DNA of 64,000 nucleotides from Escherichia phage PBECO4. Numbering within the stretch: position 1 is the stretch's first letter; the number at the start of each line of letters is the position of its first letter. The notes under the pieces are model-generated. The model had not been told where the DNA came from. It did not search any database and saw nothing but the letters and a program-made list of their open reading frames with translations. Below, one piece after another: positions 28,878 to 38,574 of the stretch. A program made the position numbers and the translations under genes. The stretch lies in the sequence record KC295538; one strand, 5' to 3'.

Positions 28878-29120
28878 CTACGAACGTTTGTCAACATTTG
28901 TTTCTTCAATAAGCATAAGATAACTTAACACGAAGAGTAATACCGAAATAATATCAATAACCGTAAAGCTCACGGGAATAATAATAGACACTAGAACGAG
29001 TGCCACGTTTAGCAAGAATACAGTAGTGAGATCTACCATCGTTCGTCTAGTGGCTAATGCCACTAGTGTAGGATAGAACATAAACAATAGTGCAACAACA
29101 AAACTTAGTACTAGATACAT
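28878..29120 (-). CDS. small integral membrane protein
   Basis: 80-aa hydrophobic ORF. Confidence 0.55.
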   Translation of the reverse strand: MYLVLSFVVALLFMFYPTLVALATRRTMVDLTTVFLLNVALVLVSIIIPVSFTVIDIISVLLFVLSYLMLIEETNVDKRS

Positions 29121-29791
29121 TTCTTTTTCACCTTAATAAAATTATAACACAAAACCACATCAACATCTGGCTCATCACACAAGTACTCAAAACGTTCTTT
29201 ACTTCGTTTAGTACCGATATACTCACCATTCTTATGCCAACGCCATCCACCATCCTTTGGTTGTTCAGACTTCAGTACTGGGTGATAGCACAAGACAATT
29301 TCTTCTGGACCTTCAATTAGGTTCTTGTACTTCTTCATAATCTGTTCAAGCGTATCTGCTACACCATAAGATGAATGCATAAGATAAGACTCAGGACGTG
29401 GACGTCCACTTGGTAGAATATCATCAGTACTATTAAAGATAGCACGGAAGTCTTCAGATGTGTATAGACTTCCATCTTCATGGATCATTGGGTATTCATC
29501 CACGACATCGTAATCAGTGAAGTGTTCAATTGCATGTGCAGGTCGATAACCTGCAAGGATACCTGCATGTTTAGTCTGGACAATAGTCATAACAGATGTA
29601 TTGTTGTTTACATTTGGATCATGAATTTCAGCCCAAAACGGATGATTTGGATCAAAAGTTGCATTTACCAATGTACACTCACCAATGTAGTCAAACATAG
29701 TTTCCTTGAAGTTTAAAGAAACTCCACGTAATGCCCAGTCAGGTGAAGTGATGAAATTAAGATTAACTAACATAAGTATCCTCAGATGCAA
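29111..29791 (-). CDS. hypothetical protein (226 aa)
   Basis: Track ORF; no motif recognised. Confidence 0.7.
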   Translation of the reverse strand: MHLRILMLVNLNFITSPDWALRGVSLNFKETMFDYIGECTLVNATFDPNHPFWAEIHDPNVNNNTSVMTIVQTKHAGILAGYRPAHAIEHFTDYDVVDEYPMIHEDGSLYTSEDFRAIFNSTDDILPSGRPRPESYLMHSSYGVADTLEQIMKKYKNLIEGPEEIVLCYHPVLKSEQPKDGGWRWHKNGEYIGTKRSKERFEYLCDEPDVDVVLCYNFIKVKKKCI

Positions 29792-29805
29792 TTTTTTTGA
29801 TGTGG

Positions 29806-30021
29806 TTATTGTATCAAAGATGTATCGATTTGTACAACATTTATTGTAACTATTTCGTACATATAGTCAGGTGCATTGAACTCAGCATACCACTCAATGA
29901 TCTCACAAGCAGCATCAACTTGGTTGTTCGCATTAACACGTCTTGCATAGGTACTAGACATTTTATATCTACCATTTACATACACGTTATATACACCATG
30001 ACACCACCACATCTTAGTCAT
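29806..30021 (-). CDS. hypothetical protein (71 aa)
   Basis: Track ORF. Confidence 0.5.
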   Translation of the reverse strand: MTKMWWCHGVYNVYVNGRYKMSSTYARRVNANNQVDAACEIIEWYAEFNAPDYMYEIVTINVVQIDTSLIQ

Positions 30022-30232
30022 TTATACTAGGCCATACTTTGTATTGTAAGTTCTGGTATTGAAATTTACCAATTTCATTTTTCTTACGGAATGATTCATC
30101 TACTTGAATTTCCGCATCGTACTGACCATCAGCCTGTACAACGTACTTAAATTCTTCTACGTGTGAAAAACGTAGACCTTCACCTTCTGGTTTATAGACT
30201 TGTACTAAACCTTCAACTAGATATAAATTCAT
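30014..30232 (-). CDS. hypothetical protein (72 aa)
   Basis: Track ORF. Confidence 0.55.
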   Translation of the reverse strand: MNLYLVEGLVQVYKPEGEGLRFSHVEEFKYVVQADGQYDAEIQVDESFRKKNEIGKFQYQNLQYKVWPSIND

Positions 30233-30235
30233 TTA

Positions 30236-30457
30236 TCATTCCTCATCACTTTCAGTTAGTATAATGCTATGTACAGTTTCCACATAGCGGTGTGTTTTGG
30301 GTGTGTTATACTTTGTAATTTCATCAAACAATTTAAACAGTGCATCTACTTCACTAAGAGCACGAATGAATACATCCATCTTGGTGACTACTCTGGAAAA
30401 CCCGCGTATGTTATTAAATTCAGAGACGTGTTCATACACAACATAGTATCTATTCAT
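30236..30457 (-). CDS. hypothetical protein (73 aa)
   Basis: Track ORF. Confidence 0.55.
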   Translation of the reverse strand: MNRYYVVYEHVSEFNNIRGFSRVVTKMDVFIRALSEVDALFKLFDEITKYNTPKTHRYVETVHSIILTESDEE

Positions 30458-30972
30458 ATATTAAAAAGTTCCATGAATTCATTGAATAAAGAAGTTCTAA
30501 TGCACATAACAAATTCAAAATCAACATCTATGGTGTCAAGTAGTTTGAACAACTTTGGTACTAATGGATCATTCACCTCAAAGTTATGAATCAAACTTTG
30601 TTGAAACACATTTTCTTCAGTACTATAATCAATAACAAAATATTCAGCAATACCAGGTGGTGTGTAAACATCATATAAAATATGGCGGTGATGATTTGTT
30701 TTAGAACTAGGGGAATATATAAGTTCTATTTCATAAGATTTATCAGCACTGCGTGCGTAACAAACAATATCAGTACTCGTTATTTCTGAACCATCACTTC
30801 TCTCTGAAAAACAAACATCAGCATAGCGTTTTCCAGAGAGATTCAAAAGGTCATGAGTTGTTTTACCATAACAGAAATCAGTTTCAATGCGTATCACATC
30901 TTGATATTCAATTGGTCTTGTATCGCGGCGTTCACGATTAAACACTAATTTCAACAACTCATTAATATCCAT
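30454..30972 (-). CDS. hypothetical protein with EExFQxS motif (family FQ)
   Basis: STEENVFQQSLIHNFEVNDP near C-terminus. Confidence 0.65.
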   Translation of the reverse strand: MDINELLKLVFNRERRDTRPIEYQDVIRIETDFCYGKTTHDLLNLSGKRYADVCFSERSDGSEITSTDIVCYARSADKSYEIELIYSPSSKTNHHRHILYDVYTPPGIAEYFVIDYSTEENVFQQSLIHNFEVNDPLVPKLFKLLDTIDVDFEFVMCIRTSLFNEFMELFNI

Positions 30973-31229
30973 TATTTCGCCTCGATAACCTTAAGGTTAA
31001 CAAAATCACCTTTTACTTTCATGCATTTGAATTCAGTGCGAGTTTCATCCCCACTATCGCGAGGCCAATGAGTGGCAGAGTAGCACTGGTCTGGTGTTTT
31101 ATATACACCTTCACCAATAGTACGAGTGATTTCACCATTGGTGAGAACTACTGCGAGATATAAAGTAAACATGATATTCGCCTTAGAATAATTTATTAAT
31201 AATAATAGCACCCAACGCAAGAACTGCAA
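30972..31229 (-). CDS. hypothetical protein with hydrophobic N-terminus (85 aa)
   Basis: Track ORF. Confidence 0.55.
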   Translation of the reverse strand: MQFLRWVLLLLINYSKANIMFTLYLAVVLTNGEITRTIGEGVYKTPDQCYSATHWPRDSGDETRTEFKCMKVKGDFVNLKVIEAK

Positions 31230-31325
31230 TAATTACAGATACCCACATTACTGCATTCACTGTACCAGTAAGTTCTTTATCAAACTCCCTGCACTTCTTG
31301 CGGTAATCTTCCCACTCTTTGTTAT

Positions 31326-31541
31326 TCACACTGCCACTCCTAATAGGTCGGTAGCTTTCTTGAGTACTACGTCAATGGTTTCCAGTACTGCACCTTTGTG
31401 TTCAATTGATACAATATTATTATAAGTATCAAGGTCCAAGTACTCCATATATTCAGTTTTGAATACACGAACATCAGTACTAGTGATTTTAATATCACAA
31501 CCTTTATCCCAAATAACCTGCATCATTTCATTGGTAGTCAT
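31326..31541 (-). CDS. hypothetical protein (71 aa)
   Basis: Track ORF. Confidence 0.55.
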   Translation of the reverse strand: MTTNEMMQVIWDKGCDIKITSTDVRVFKTEYMEYLDLDTYNNIVSIEHKGAVLETIDVVLKKATDLLGVAV

Positions 31542-31816
31542 TATTCAACCTTATCATAAACAAGTTTGTGTGTGCTTAGTACTTTGTTGTGATGTCCAGG
31601 GCATTCATATACATACAATCGCTCCTGTCGTTTTTCCCAACCACCACAGATACGACCTGATTGTGTACATACCTCATACTCGTTAATAAAAGACTTACCT
31701 GTGAATGTACAATCCTGACGAACTAAGTCTTTTGCACTAAACCTGCCGTCATCATTACATGCTGTAAGAAACATTGTACAGAATACAAAGACAACTGTCA
31801 ATAGTTTTTTAATCAT
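31541..31816 (-). CDS. putative lipoprotein (lipobox LTAC)
   Basis: MIKKLLTVVFVFCTMFLTACNDD. Confidence 0.6.
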   Translation of the reverse strand: MIKKLLTVVFVFCTMFLTACNDDGRFSAKDLVRQDCTFTGKSFINEYEVCTQSGRICGGWEKRQERLYVYECPGHHNKVLSTHKLVYDKVE

Positions 31817-32181
31817 TGAACATCACCCCAACGGAAGCCATTCATATAATTCAAATTCACCTCAACGAGTTCATGTGTTTTTGTACACCAAATTGATAGA
31901 GTTTTTGTAACATCACCAGGTGAACTTTCATACTTCACACAATACCCTTCAATGCGAAGAGTTTTGTTAGTCCAATGTTGCCACTCAATCCAAATTTCAT
32001 TAGGATAATAAACCATATCTTCCTTGAACCTATGGTATTGATCCATCGGTAAGTGACCTTCAACTTCAATTACTTCAGCACTTCGAACAAGTTTGTCAAG
32101 CTTGTACTTTATCTCAGCAAGATATTCTTCATCATTCAGACGAGTTAATAAATCTGCTGCACGTGTTGTATCAAGGCTCAT
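31813..32181 (-). CDS. hypothetical protein (122 aa)
   Basis: Track ORF. Confidence 0.6.
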   Translation of the reverse strand: MSLDTTRAADLLTRLNDEEYLAEIKYKLDKLVRSAEVIEVEGHLPMDQYHRFKEDMVYYPNEIWIEWQHWTNKTLRIEGYCVKYESSPGDVTKTLSIWCTKTHELVEVNLNYMNGFRWGDVQ

Positions 32182-32183
32182 TG

Positions 32184-32429
32184 TTATTCTCCATGAATTA
32201 CGGAAGTGTTGATTCGTGTTTTACCGCTAGTGTATCCAGTACTTGTATTTGCATTAGGACAGTACACAGTGTATAAAGTCGCACCAGCACCATCTTGTTG
32301 CATACGATAAATCTTACACCCTGCTTCTTTTAATTCAGCAGGTAGAACAAAATCACTTGTACGTTCTTTGGTAGAAGCATCACATGCAGTGAGTAGAAAT
32401 GCGACGAGTACTGCTACGATATATTTCAT
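32184..32429 (-). CDS. putative lipoprotein (lipobox LTAC)
   Basis: MKYIVAVLVAFLLTACDAS. Confidence 0.6.
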   Translation of the reverse strand: MKYIVAVLVAFLLTACDASTKERTSDFVLPAELKEAGCKIYRMQQDGAGATLYTVYCPNANTSTGYTSGKTRINTSVIHGE

Positions 32430-32737
32430 TAACGAACCTCCACTTCTTGAGAAAGAGCATGAGTCAGTGCATTTGAATTCGAACTATTCATTTCACGCTG
32501 ACATACAAACATAATGGCATCTTGTACTGAACCTGCGATTTCATACTCACGACCTTCTGGATCAGTTACCAGATGTTCAACGATACAACCACCACGCAGT
32601 ACAGAAGCACCAGTACTTACACTAATTCTGTAACCTAAGAAATCAAACTGCATACATGCGTCAGTAGGTTTCATCCAATAACCGCTGTTTTTATTCAAAT
32701 CGATGATTACAAAACCTTGAGTGTTAGTTTGAAACAT
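32429..32737 (-). CDS. hypothetical protein (102 aa)
   Basis: Track ORF. Confidence 0.6.
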   Translation of the reverse strand: MFQTNTQGFVIIDLNKNSGYWMKPTDACMQFDFLGYRISVSTGASVLRGGCIVEHLVTDPEGREYEIAGSVQDAIMFVCQREMNSSNSNALTHALSQEVEVR

Positions 32738-32831
32738 AGTTAATTCCTCATTTAATTTAAAAGGGCGGGAACGCAGTGACGAGTACGATTATGCTGTCTT
32801 TCCTTTCACTGCATTCCCTTTTATATAAAAC

Positions 32832-32860
32832 ATAATACTGCTATTATTCAGTACTGTCAA
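32832..32860 (-). promoter_or_regulatory. sigma-70-like promoter TTGACA-17-TATTAT
   Basis: Minus strand TTGACAgtactgaataatagcagTATTAT. Confidence 0.6.
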
Positions 32861-33150
32861 TCGATATAAGTACCTTTTTTAACATCACAGACTTCTTCCA
32901 TCCAATGTGGATTTTCGTTTTTATCAGTGAAGATTTGTTCTGCTTCTTCTTTTGTTTCAGCTAGGACAATACGATCCCCTTCATCCAAATCACGGATACG
33001 ATACACTTTCAGTTCTTGTTTCTTCTCAAGAATATTACACAGTTCACGTGCTTTTTCTTCATCGCACTTCCCTTCATTAGCATAAAACCAAATTGCTTTT
33101 TTAATAAGGTCACGTTCTTCTTTAGAAAAAGACATAATATTTCCTATCAT
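32857..33150 (-). CDS. hypothetical protein (97 aa)
   Basis: Track ORF. Confidence 0.6.
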   Translation of the reverse strand: MIGNIMSFSKEERDLIKKAIWFYANEGKCDEEKARELCNILEKKQELKVYRIRDLDEGDRIVLAETKEEAEQIFTDKNENPHWMEEVCDVKKGTYID

Positions 33151-33180
33151 TTGTTAAAGTGGATTTCGTTTGATATAAAC

Positions 33181-33208
33181 ATTATACAGTACTGATATCT
33201 TATGTCAA
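33181..33208 (-). promoter_or_regulatory. sigma-70-like promoter TTGACA-16-TATAAT with CAGTACTG abutting -10
   Basis: Minus strand TTGACAtaagatatCAGTACTGTATAAT. Confidence 0.65.
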
Positions 33209-33304
33209 GTATTAATCACCAAAAATCATCAGATACCCAAACCAACCCACACAGACGACTAAGCTAACAATACCAAAGACAATCTCTAAAGTCATGTTGT
33301 ATCC

Positions 33305-33523
33305 TTAATCAATGATTTTATATTCACGATGACCATAGAATCCAGCCTCAAGGATGCGATTGCCATCAGCATCTTCCAAGTCCCAACCACGGGATGTTTC
33401 GGCAATAATAGTCATGATGTGACCTCTTGGGAAAATCCCACTCAGAGTGGATACATCCTCAAGTAATTGAACTTTCTTTCCAACATTGGAATTCGGTTTA
33501 AACATTTTATGGCCCTTATTCAT
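33305..33523 (-). CDS. hypothetical protein (72 aa)
   Basis: Track ORF. Confidence 0.55.
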   Translation of the reverse strand: MNKGHKMFKPNSNVGKKVQLLEDVSTLSGIFPRGHIMTIIAETSRGWDLEDADGNRILEAGFYGHREYKIID

Positions 33524-33698
33524 TGATCACATCAAGTACTTTATCCAGCTTTTTACCAATGCTTTCCTTTGGTTTCTCACCATTCTGGAATACATCAGAA
33601 CTGCAATACTCAGGACGCGTATTAGGAAACTTCTCGTTCATCCAGGAGTGACCGTAAACACCCAGCATGATGCCAACGATAAGAATGATAATTTGCAT
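33516..33698 (-). CDS. small protein with N-terminal membrane segment (60 aa)
   Basis: MQIIILIVGIMLGVYGHSW... Confidence 0.5.
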   Translation of the reverse strand: MQIIILIVGIMLGVYGHSWMNEKFPNTRPEYCSSDVFQNGEKPKESIGKKLDKVLDVINE

Positions 33699-33713
33699 GA
33701 TAATTTCCTCTGA

Positions 33714-34502
33714 TTAAATGTTAGTAGTATAGTACTTGATTTCGTTTTGAATTGCAAGTTCTATTTGTTTATTGAAAAGAATTCCAAACTCTTTGATTGA
33801 TTCACAATCGAATTCAATAGAAAAAGTATACTCTGGTATACGTACATTGTCAATACCCAAATACTCTTTTATGTAAATTTTAATGAGTTCACATAGTGCA
33901 GTACTAAGACATTGAATTTCAAAATGTTTTGCACCTTTGTCAAAATACTTGAATGCATCAATATCACCTACAATAAAACTATTCTTTAATGTAGTGAATA
34001 GGTTCTCAGGAAACACGGTAATAGGTGACATTGATTTAAGAATGTATGTATCTTTGGCATTCTTAATGTACTCAATGAAGCAGTAGTTAACGTCAGGCTC
34101 GATTGAACGATCCGCGTTATGATACCAGTGTTTAAACTCACTGTATTCAGCAAACTTATGCTGGCGTAATGCGTTACAATCTTCACACAGTGCAGTCATG
34201 TTCTCTTTATCATTACCGCCCTGAAGACAGTCAAGTACATTATGGTCTAACGTCATGCGTACAAGGCGTTTCCCTTTAAGTACATAAGGTCTGAATTTAT
34301 AACGTTCTTTAGTACTGTGCTTATGTAAAGTGAATACCACATTGGATTCACCACAACAATCACATTTAAAGCCATCACGTGACATTACATGAATGAGTTT
34401 TCGAGTATTTGGACCAAACTCTGATTTGGTAATGTTACCTACAATTTCTGATGGTTTGTAGTATTTTGAATTCCGGCGAATCAATTCATCTATAGTGCTC
34501 AT
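33714..34502 (-). CDS. HNH endonuclease (free-standing, homing-endonuclease-like)
   Basis: CDCCGE ... TLDHNVLDCLQGGNDKENMTALCEDCNALRQH. Confidence 0.75.
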   Translation of the reverse strand: MSTIDELIRRNSKYYKPSEIVGNITKSEFGPNTRKLIHVMSRDGFKCDCCGESNVVFTLHKHSTKERYKFRPYVLKGKRLVRMTLDHNVLDCLQGGNDKENMTALCEDCNALRQHKFAEYSEFKHWYHNADRSIEPDVNYCFIEYIKNAKDTYILKSMSPITVFPENLFTTLKNSFIVGDIDAFKYFDKGAKHFEIQCLSTALCELIKIYIKEYLGIDNVRIPEYTFSIEFDCESIKEFGILFNKQIELAIQNEIKYYTTNI

Positions 34503-34503
34503 T

Positions 34504-34734
34504 TTATATTATTCCTTCTTTGTTACAACCTATAATTATTTTTGTAACTTCGATAACTCGTACCAAATGATATCCGTGAAAAAAGTTAAAACCATACATT
34601 TGTGCTAATGCATCGGCTTCAGATTTTGCACGGATACATGATAGATATAATTCTCGTATATCACCATCTAATGATGCTTGTTTCTCGTCATTGATAACAA
34701 TAGCACGAATCTCAAAACGAACACCATAACTCAT
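34504..34734 (-). CDS. hypothetical protein (76 aa)
   Basis: Track ORF. Confidence 0.55.
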   Translation of the reverse strand: MSYGVRFEIRAIVINDEKQASLDGDIRELYLSCIRAKSEADALAQMYGFNFFHGYHLVRVIEVTKIIIGCNKEGII

Positions 34735-34940
34735 TTAGTTTGACCCACAATAAGTTTCTCTTTAGTATTACTATTGTAACACCACATTTGTTCTTTACTA
34801 ACTGTAATCCAAATATCTTTGTTTACTTGTTCGTATGTACTATCACGTAATGCAATGCATTGATTCATGGAATTCATTGGGGTTATTTGTACACCGGAAT
34901 TAACAGAAAAAGCTATTACTAAAAAGATTACTGAATTCAT
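34731..34940 (-). CDS. small secreted protein (signal peptide)
   Basis: MNSVIFLVIAFSVNSGVQ...; first gene after promoter at 35006-35034. Confidence 0.55.
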   Translation of the reverse strand: MNSVIFLVIAFSVNSGVQITPMNSMNQCIALRDSTYEQVNKDIWITVSKEQMWCYNSNTKEKLIVGQTK

Positions 34941-35005
34941 TGGATATTCCTTAATGGTTAATCATCCATCTCTTCGAGATGTCTGTTCGCTTCTAATACT
35001 ACGTA

Positions 35006-35034
35006 TTCTACGCGAATGATTAATAACTGTCAAG
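35006..35034 (-). promoter_or_regulatory. consensus sigma-70 promoter TTGACA-17-TAGAAT
   Basis: Minus strand TTGACAgttattaatcattcgcgTAGAAT. Confidence 0.7.
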
Positions 35035-35560
35035 GACTTTTAATATTGACGGGATTTGAGGAAGGGATTTTTCTTCCCCCCCACAAGGAGGGAAATTTGA
35101 CGCTGATGGTATCAGAGCTATTGCATTGAAGATTACTCATAACGAGTGCGAAAGCGGGTCATCCTGTTTCTCTCTACTTCAGTTTCATATGACGGTCTAC
35201 ACTTTTAAACATAGTGTATCTTCATTAAGTATCTATGCAATCAAATACTTAATGTGAGTACTCAAATTCTGGACGCAACTTTCCTGTACAAAATTTGATA
35301 ACTCTCCCTTAGATAATTCGTAAGGTGTTATCCTTATATGTCTATCAAGGAACCACCAGCTATCCTAACGTGGTTCTTTATACAGCCGCATTGCCGTGAG
35401 GGGTTCAAACTATGCCCACATCTAACGGGTTTCTTTTGCTGTTCGCACTGTCGGACTGCTCAACTGCCCTCTACGTTTTCGAGTGGATCAGGTACATGAA
35501 TATCATGCCAACAGAATTGTACAAGATAATTATATCACAAACTTTTACTTCATCCCATAA

Positions 35561-35590
35561 AAAAAGGTTGGCTTATGCCAACCTTTTTTC
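35561..35590 (-). terminator. intrinsic terminator hairpin (AGGTTGGC-loop-GCCAACCT) with flanking A/T runs
   Basis: aaaaaaggttggcttatgccaacctttttt immediately 3' of the sigma-like gene. Confidence 0.7.
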
Positions 35591-35591
35591 T

Positions 35592-36557
35592 TTAGAAATC
35601 TTCGTATTCGTACCCTTTTGCAAGTACTAGCTTCTTAAGCTTTTGCATAGCTTCACTGTACTTTCGGTGTATTGATGAACGGGATTTAACATATTTTCCA
35701 TTATCATCAACAAAACCATTATCAGCAATCTCACGAAGCGTTTCAGGTTCATATTCACCTAGACCATGAACACGCTGGATAATCTCACGTTCTTTAGTAC
35801 TCAATTCGTTGGTCAGTTCATTGATAGCATAACGCAAAGGTGCACGGATACTATCAACATTGAGGTTAAAATCAGAAGCAGGTGAATGAATAATGTCACC
35901 TAATGTACCATCTGTAACACCGTCTAATGGTGCATCCAGCGAAGTGTATTCGCTTTGAAATAACAAACAATTATTAACATGCTGAATCTCAATCCCAGTA
36001 CCCTCTGAGATTATTTCAGGAGTTGGGCGAACACCATGTTTACGCATATATTCCTGACAGAATCTTTTTACTTTGATCTTATGAACACTCATATAACGTG
36101 GGAAGTGTACCATATAGTTAGCGTCAGAACTTTCGTTATAGACTGTCATGTAAATACTAGAAGAAGCATAGGTAATGAACTTAACATTCTTATTAAGATC
36201 AAAGGTTTTTAGTGCTCTCATGAACCCCTCAACACCATATGAAATCTTATCTTCAAATGGGATATAACAAGTACATTTACTTGCTACATCAATAATCAGT
36301 CCATAATTGTAACGAACTAACAGTTCAGTGTTTTTCTTTACATTGATACCAGCTTGAATATCACGAATTAGATCTTCATTGGAAACATTTGGTGGTCGCT
36401 TAAGTGTAATATTATATTTGAAACTGCTTTGTACTTTACCTTCATTTTCATCTTTATCTTCAACGAAATCTAAGGCTTCTAGTGTGTTGACTTCTTCATT
36501 AGCAAAACATTCATCCAGAACTTCTTCGGCAATTGTATTTAAATCAAGCTTTTTCAC
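35592..36557 (-). CDS. sigma-70-family RNA polymerase sigma factor-like protein (GTG start)
   Basis: C-terminal LSTKEREIIQRVHGLG..EPETLREIADNG..SRSSIHRKYSEAMQKLKK resembles region 4; AGGAG SD 6 nt before GTG. Confidence 0.65.
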   Translation of the reverse strand: MKKLDLNTIAEEVLDECFANEEVNTLEALDFVEDKDENEGKVQSSFKYNITLKRPPNVSNEDLIRDIQAGINVKKNTELLVRYNYGLIIDVASKCTCYIPFEDKISYGVEGFMRALKTFDLNKNVKFITYASSSIYMTVYNESSDANYMVHFPRYMSVHKIKVKRFCQEYMRKHGVRPTPEIISEGTGIEIQHVNNCLLFQSEYTSLDAPLDGVTDGTLGDIIHSPASDFNLNVDSIRAPLRYAINELTNELSTKEREIIQRVHGLGEYEPETLREIADNGFVDDNGKYVKSRSSIHRKYSEAMQKLKKLVLAKGYEYEDF

Positions 36558-36578
36558 TTACATCTCCTAATGACGAAA

Positions 36579-37076
36579 TCAAAATCGATATACATTAATA
36601 TTATCATCTGTGAAGCAATCATGGTTGTGCACATCCATGAAAGTACTAAACACTTTATCATATAAAGTTGTATGTTCTTCATGAATAGCAGCATCTAGCA
36701 TGTATTCTCCACCACTTCCCATAAAGAAAGTGTAGTCTTCATGTAGATATTCAAGTTTTTTAATAAACTTTCCTTTAGTTAAAATCATATGAATAACATA
36801 ATCTTTAGAAAGAAGCACACAATGGCAACTTAACTTTCTGTCAGGTATAACTGGTACTTTATTAATTAACCAATCCAGTACTTTATCAATTTCACTTACT
36901 ACCCCACTAGCACTGAATAAACGGTCATGTACATATAAAGTTTTTTGATTAACAACTCCATATTGATATTTTGGTCTTAGTGGGAAAAAACCAAATAAGT
37001 TTCGTGGTATAGTTGACGTAACTCTAGAATCGGTAATCAATAAATTTAATCGTTTATCAATATAAACAGTTGTCAT
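36579..37076 (-). CDS. hypothetical protein (165 aa)
   Basis: Track ORF. Confidence 0.65.
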   Translation of the reverse strand: MTTVYIDKRLNLLITDSRVTSTIPRNLFGFFPLRPKYQYGVVNQKTLYVHDRLFSASGVVSEIDKVLDWLINKVPVIPDRKLSCHCVLLSKDYVIHMILTKGKFIKKLEYLHEDYTFFMGSGGEYMLDAAIHEEHTTLYDKVFSTFMDVHNHDCFTDDNINVYRF

Positions 37077-37077
37077 A

Positions 37078-37497
37078 TTAAACCTTATCTAAGAATTTAT
37101 CGTATATATAAAATTCTTTATCGGTGAATACATTAATTCTAGTATCGAATCTTTGCATTGTGTTCATATACAATGAACTTTTTAAATAAAAATACAAAGC
37201 AACAAATTCTGATATATGCATATTCTTTTTATTGTTACATAAATTCTTAAGCATTTTGATGCTATCAAATTCTTTTTCATCAAATCTGTATTGGTAAAAA
37301 TTGTATCTATTGGAACGGCACTCATAGATACGAAGTGCCATTATATCAATACATGCTTTAGATTTACAGTACTTATTCAATACGTCATAATCACCCGTAC
37401 ATAATGCTACAAAGATTTTATGTGCGAGTGTAGCTTTGCCTTCAATCGTATAATAGCCAAAAAATTTAATGATTAAGTACTGAATGAATGTAATCAT
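37078..37497 (-). CDS. hypothetical protein (139 aa)
   Basis: Track ORF. Confidence 0.65.
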   Translation of the reverse strand: MITFIQYLIIKFFGYYTIEGKATLAHKIFVALCTGDYDVLNKYCKSKACIDIMALRIYECRSNRYNFYQYRFDEKEFDSIKMLKNLCNNKKNMHISEFVALYFYLKSSLYMNTMQRFDTRINVFTDKEFYIYDKFLDKV

Positions 37498-37502
37498 TTG
37501 AT

Positions 37503-37763
37503 TTAGAATTTCTCCGAAATTACTAGAGTGTCATCATAATCTTCTGCAATATCATGAAGAACTTTTAAGTTACTTTCACCAGAAACGCTTTTTACTTCGT
37601 TCAAAAGATAGTTTAGATCAACTTTAGTTACTTTTTCTGAATCAAACACACAGAAAGTTAATTCAGCGTTTGGACAGATCTTCTTCAGATTATCAGCAAC
37701 AACTTGTTTGAAGTTGAAAGATGGGGAAGCAACCAGGTTAACTGCAACGAGAATAGATTTCAT
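37503..37763 (-). CDS. hypothetical protein (86 aa)
   Basis: Track ORF. Confidence 0.6.
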   Translation of the reverse strand: MKSILVAVNLVASPSFNFKQVVADNLKKICPNAELTFCVFDSEKVTKVDLNYLLNEVKSVSGESNLKVLHDIAEDYDDTLVISEKF

Positions 37764-37837
37764 AATGTTTTCCTTTTTAGCTGATAATTAAATTAGGAGC
37801 ACATTGTACTCCATATTATTTGTTATGTCAAATACTT

Positions 37838-38089
37838 TTAGATACCAAGTGCAGTAGATAACTCTTTACGTTTGTTATATGAATCAGATTCAATCTTACT
37901 TTTCTTGTTGAAAAGGGATTCGATATCCTTATAGATTGCTTCGATAGATTTAGTTACTACCCATTCTGATTCTTGAAGCATACATTGGAGTCGTGTGTAC
38001 TCAACTTTGATAGTACTGCGAAGTTCTTCACAAACTTCTTCATTCTTAATTAGTGCAGCACTAAGTTCTTTGACCTTATCGATGTTCAT
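37838..38089 (-). CDS. hypothetical protein (83 aa)
   Basis: Track ORF. Confidence 0.6.
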   Translation of the reverse strand: MNIDKVKELSAALIKNEEVCEELRSTIKVEYTRLQCMLQESEWVVTKSIEAIYKDIESLFNKKSKIESDSYNKRKELSTALGI

Positions 38090-38148
38090 AAGTTCCTTAC
38101 TCTAATTTGTTTTTAACAAAATAATTATATATAACATACTAAATTATG

Positions 38149-38574
38149 TCAAGTATTTTTAGTACCTTCTTCTGCCATTTTTGTGATATACCAATTAAGT
38201 ACTGATTTGTGTACCATAAAAAATGTGAATGCAAATATAGCAATAGCTGCTGATGTAACACTATTAGATAATGACCCAAGTTGGATGTTAGTACCTAAAA
38301 TAACAATAAATGGATACAACACAATCAATCTACTGTAAGGTTCGTCTCCAGTATCACGGAGAAATCCAAGCCTTTCATGATCAGTATCCATAGTGACAAT
38401 TGGACAGAACATAAGTGCAGACATAAGAGCAATACCAATTTGTGCTACATTGGAAATTGTAAACCACAAAGGATTTAAACCATATGAAATATTATTTTCT
38501 GTACAGTAGTAACCAAACGAATTGAATGCACAAACTAAAAATACAAAAATACAAATCTTATTATAGCCTCTCAT
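38149..38574 (-). CDS. integral membrane protein (141 aa)
   Basis: Multiple hydrophobic segments. Confidence 0.65.
   Translation of the reverse strand: MRGYNKICIFVFLVCAFNSFGYYCTENNISYGLNPLWFTISNVAQIGIALMSALMFCPIVTMDTDHERLGFLRDTGDEPYSRLIVLYPFIVILGTNIQLGSLSNSVTSAAIAIFAFTFFMVHKSVLNWYITKMAEEGTKNT

Noticed and set aside
34941-35590. Possibility of a group I intron or split gene in the long non-coding island near the HNH endonuclease
   Set aside because: No interrupted host gene flanks the region (neighbours are complete ORFs) and I could not find group I core elements by eye; left as an unexplained island.
35412-35630. 72-aa plus-strand ORF in the GC-richer island
   Set aside because: Overlaps the 3' end and terminator of the sigma-like gene on the opposite strand; no SD; the island is more likely non-coding.
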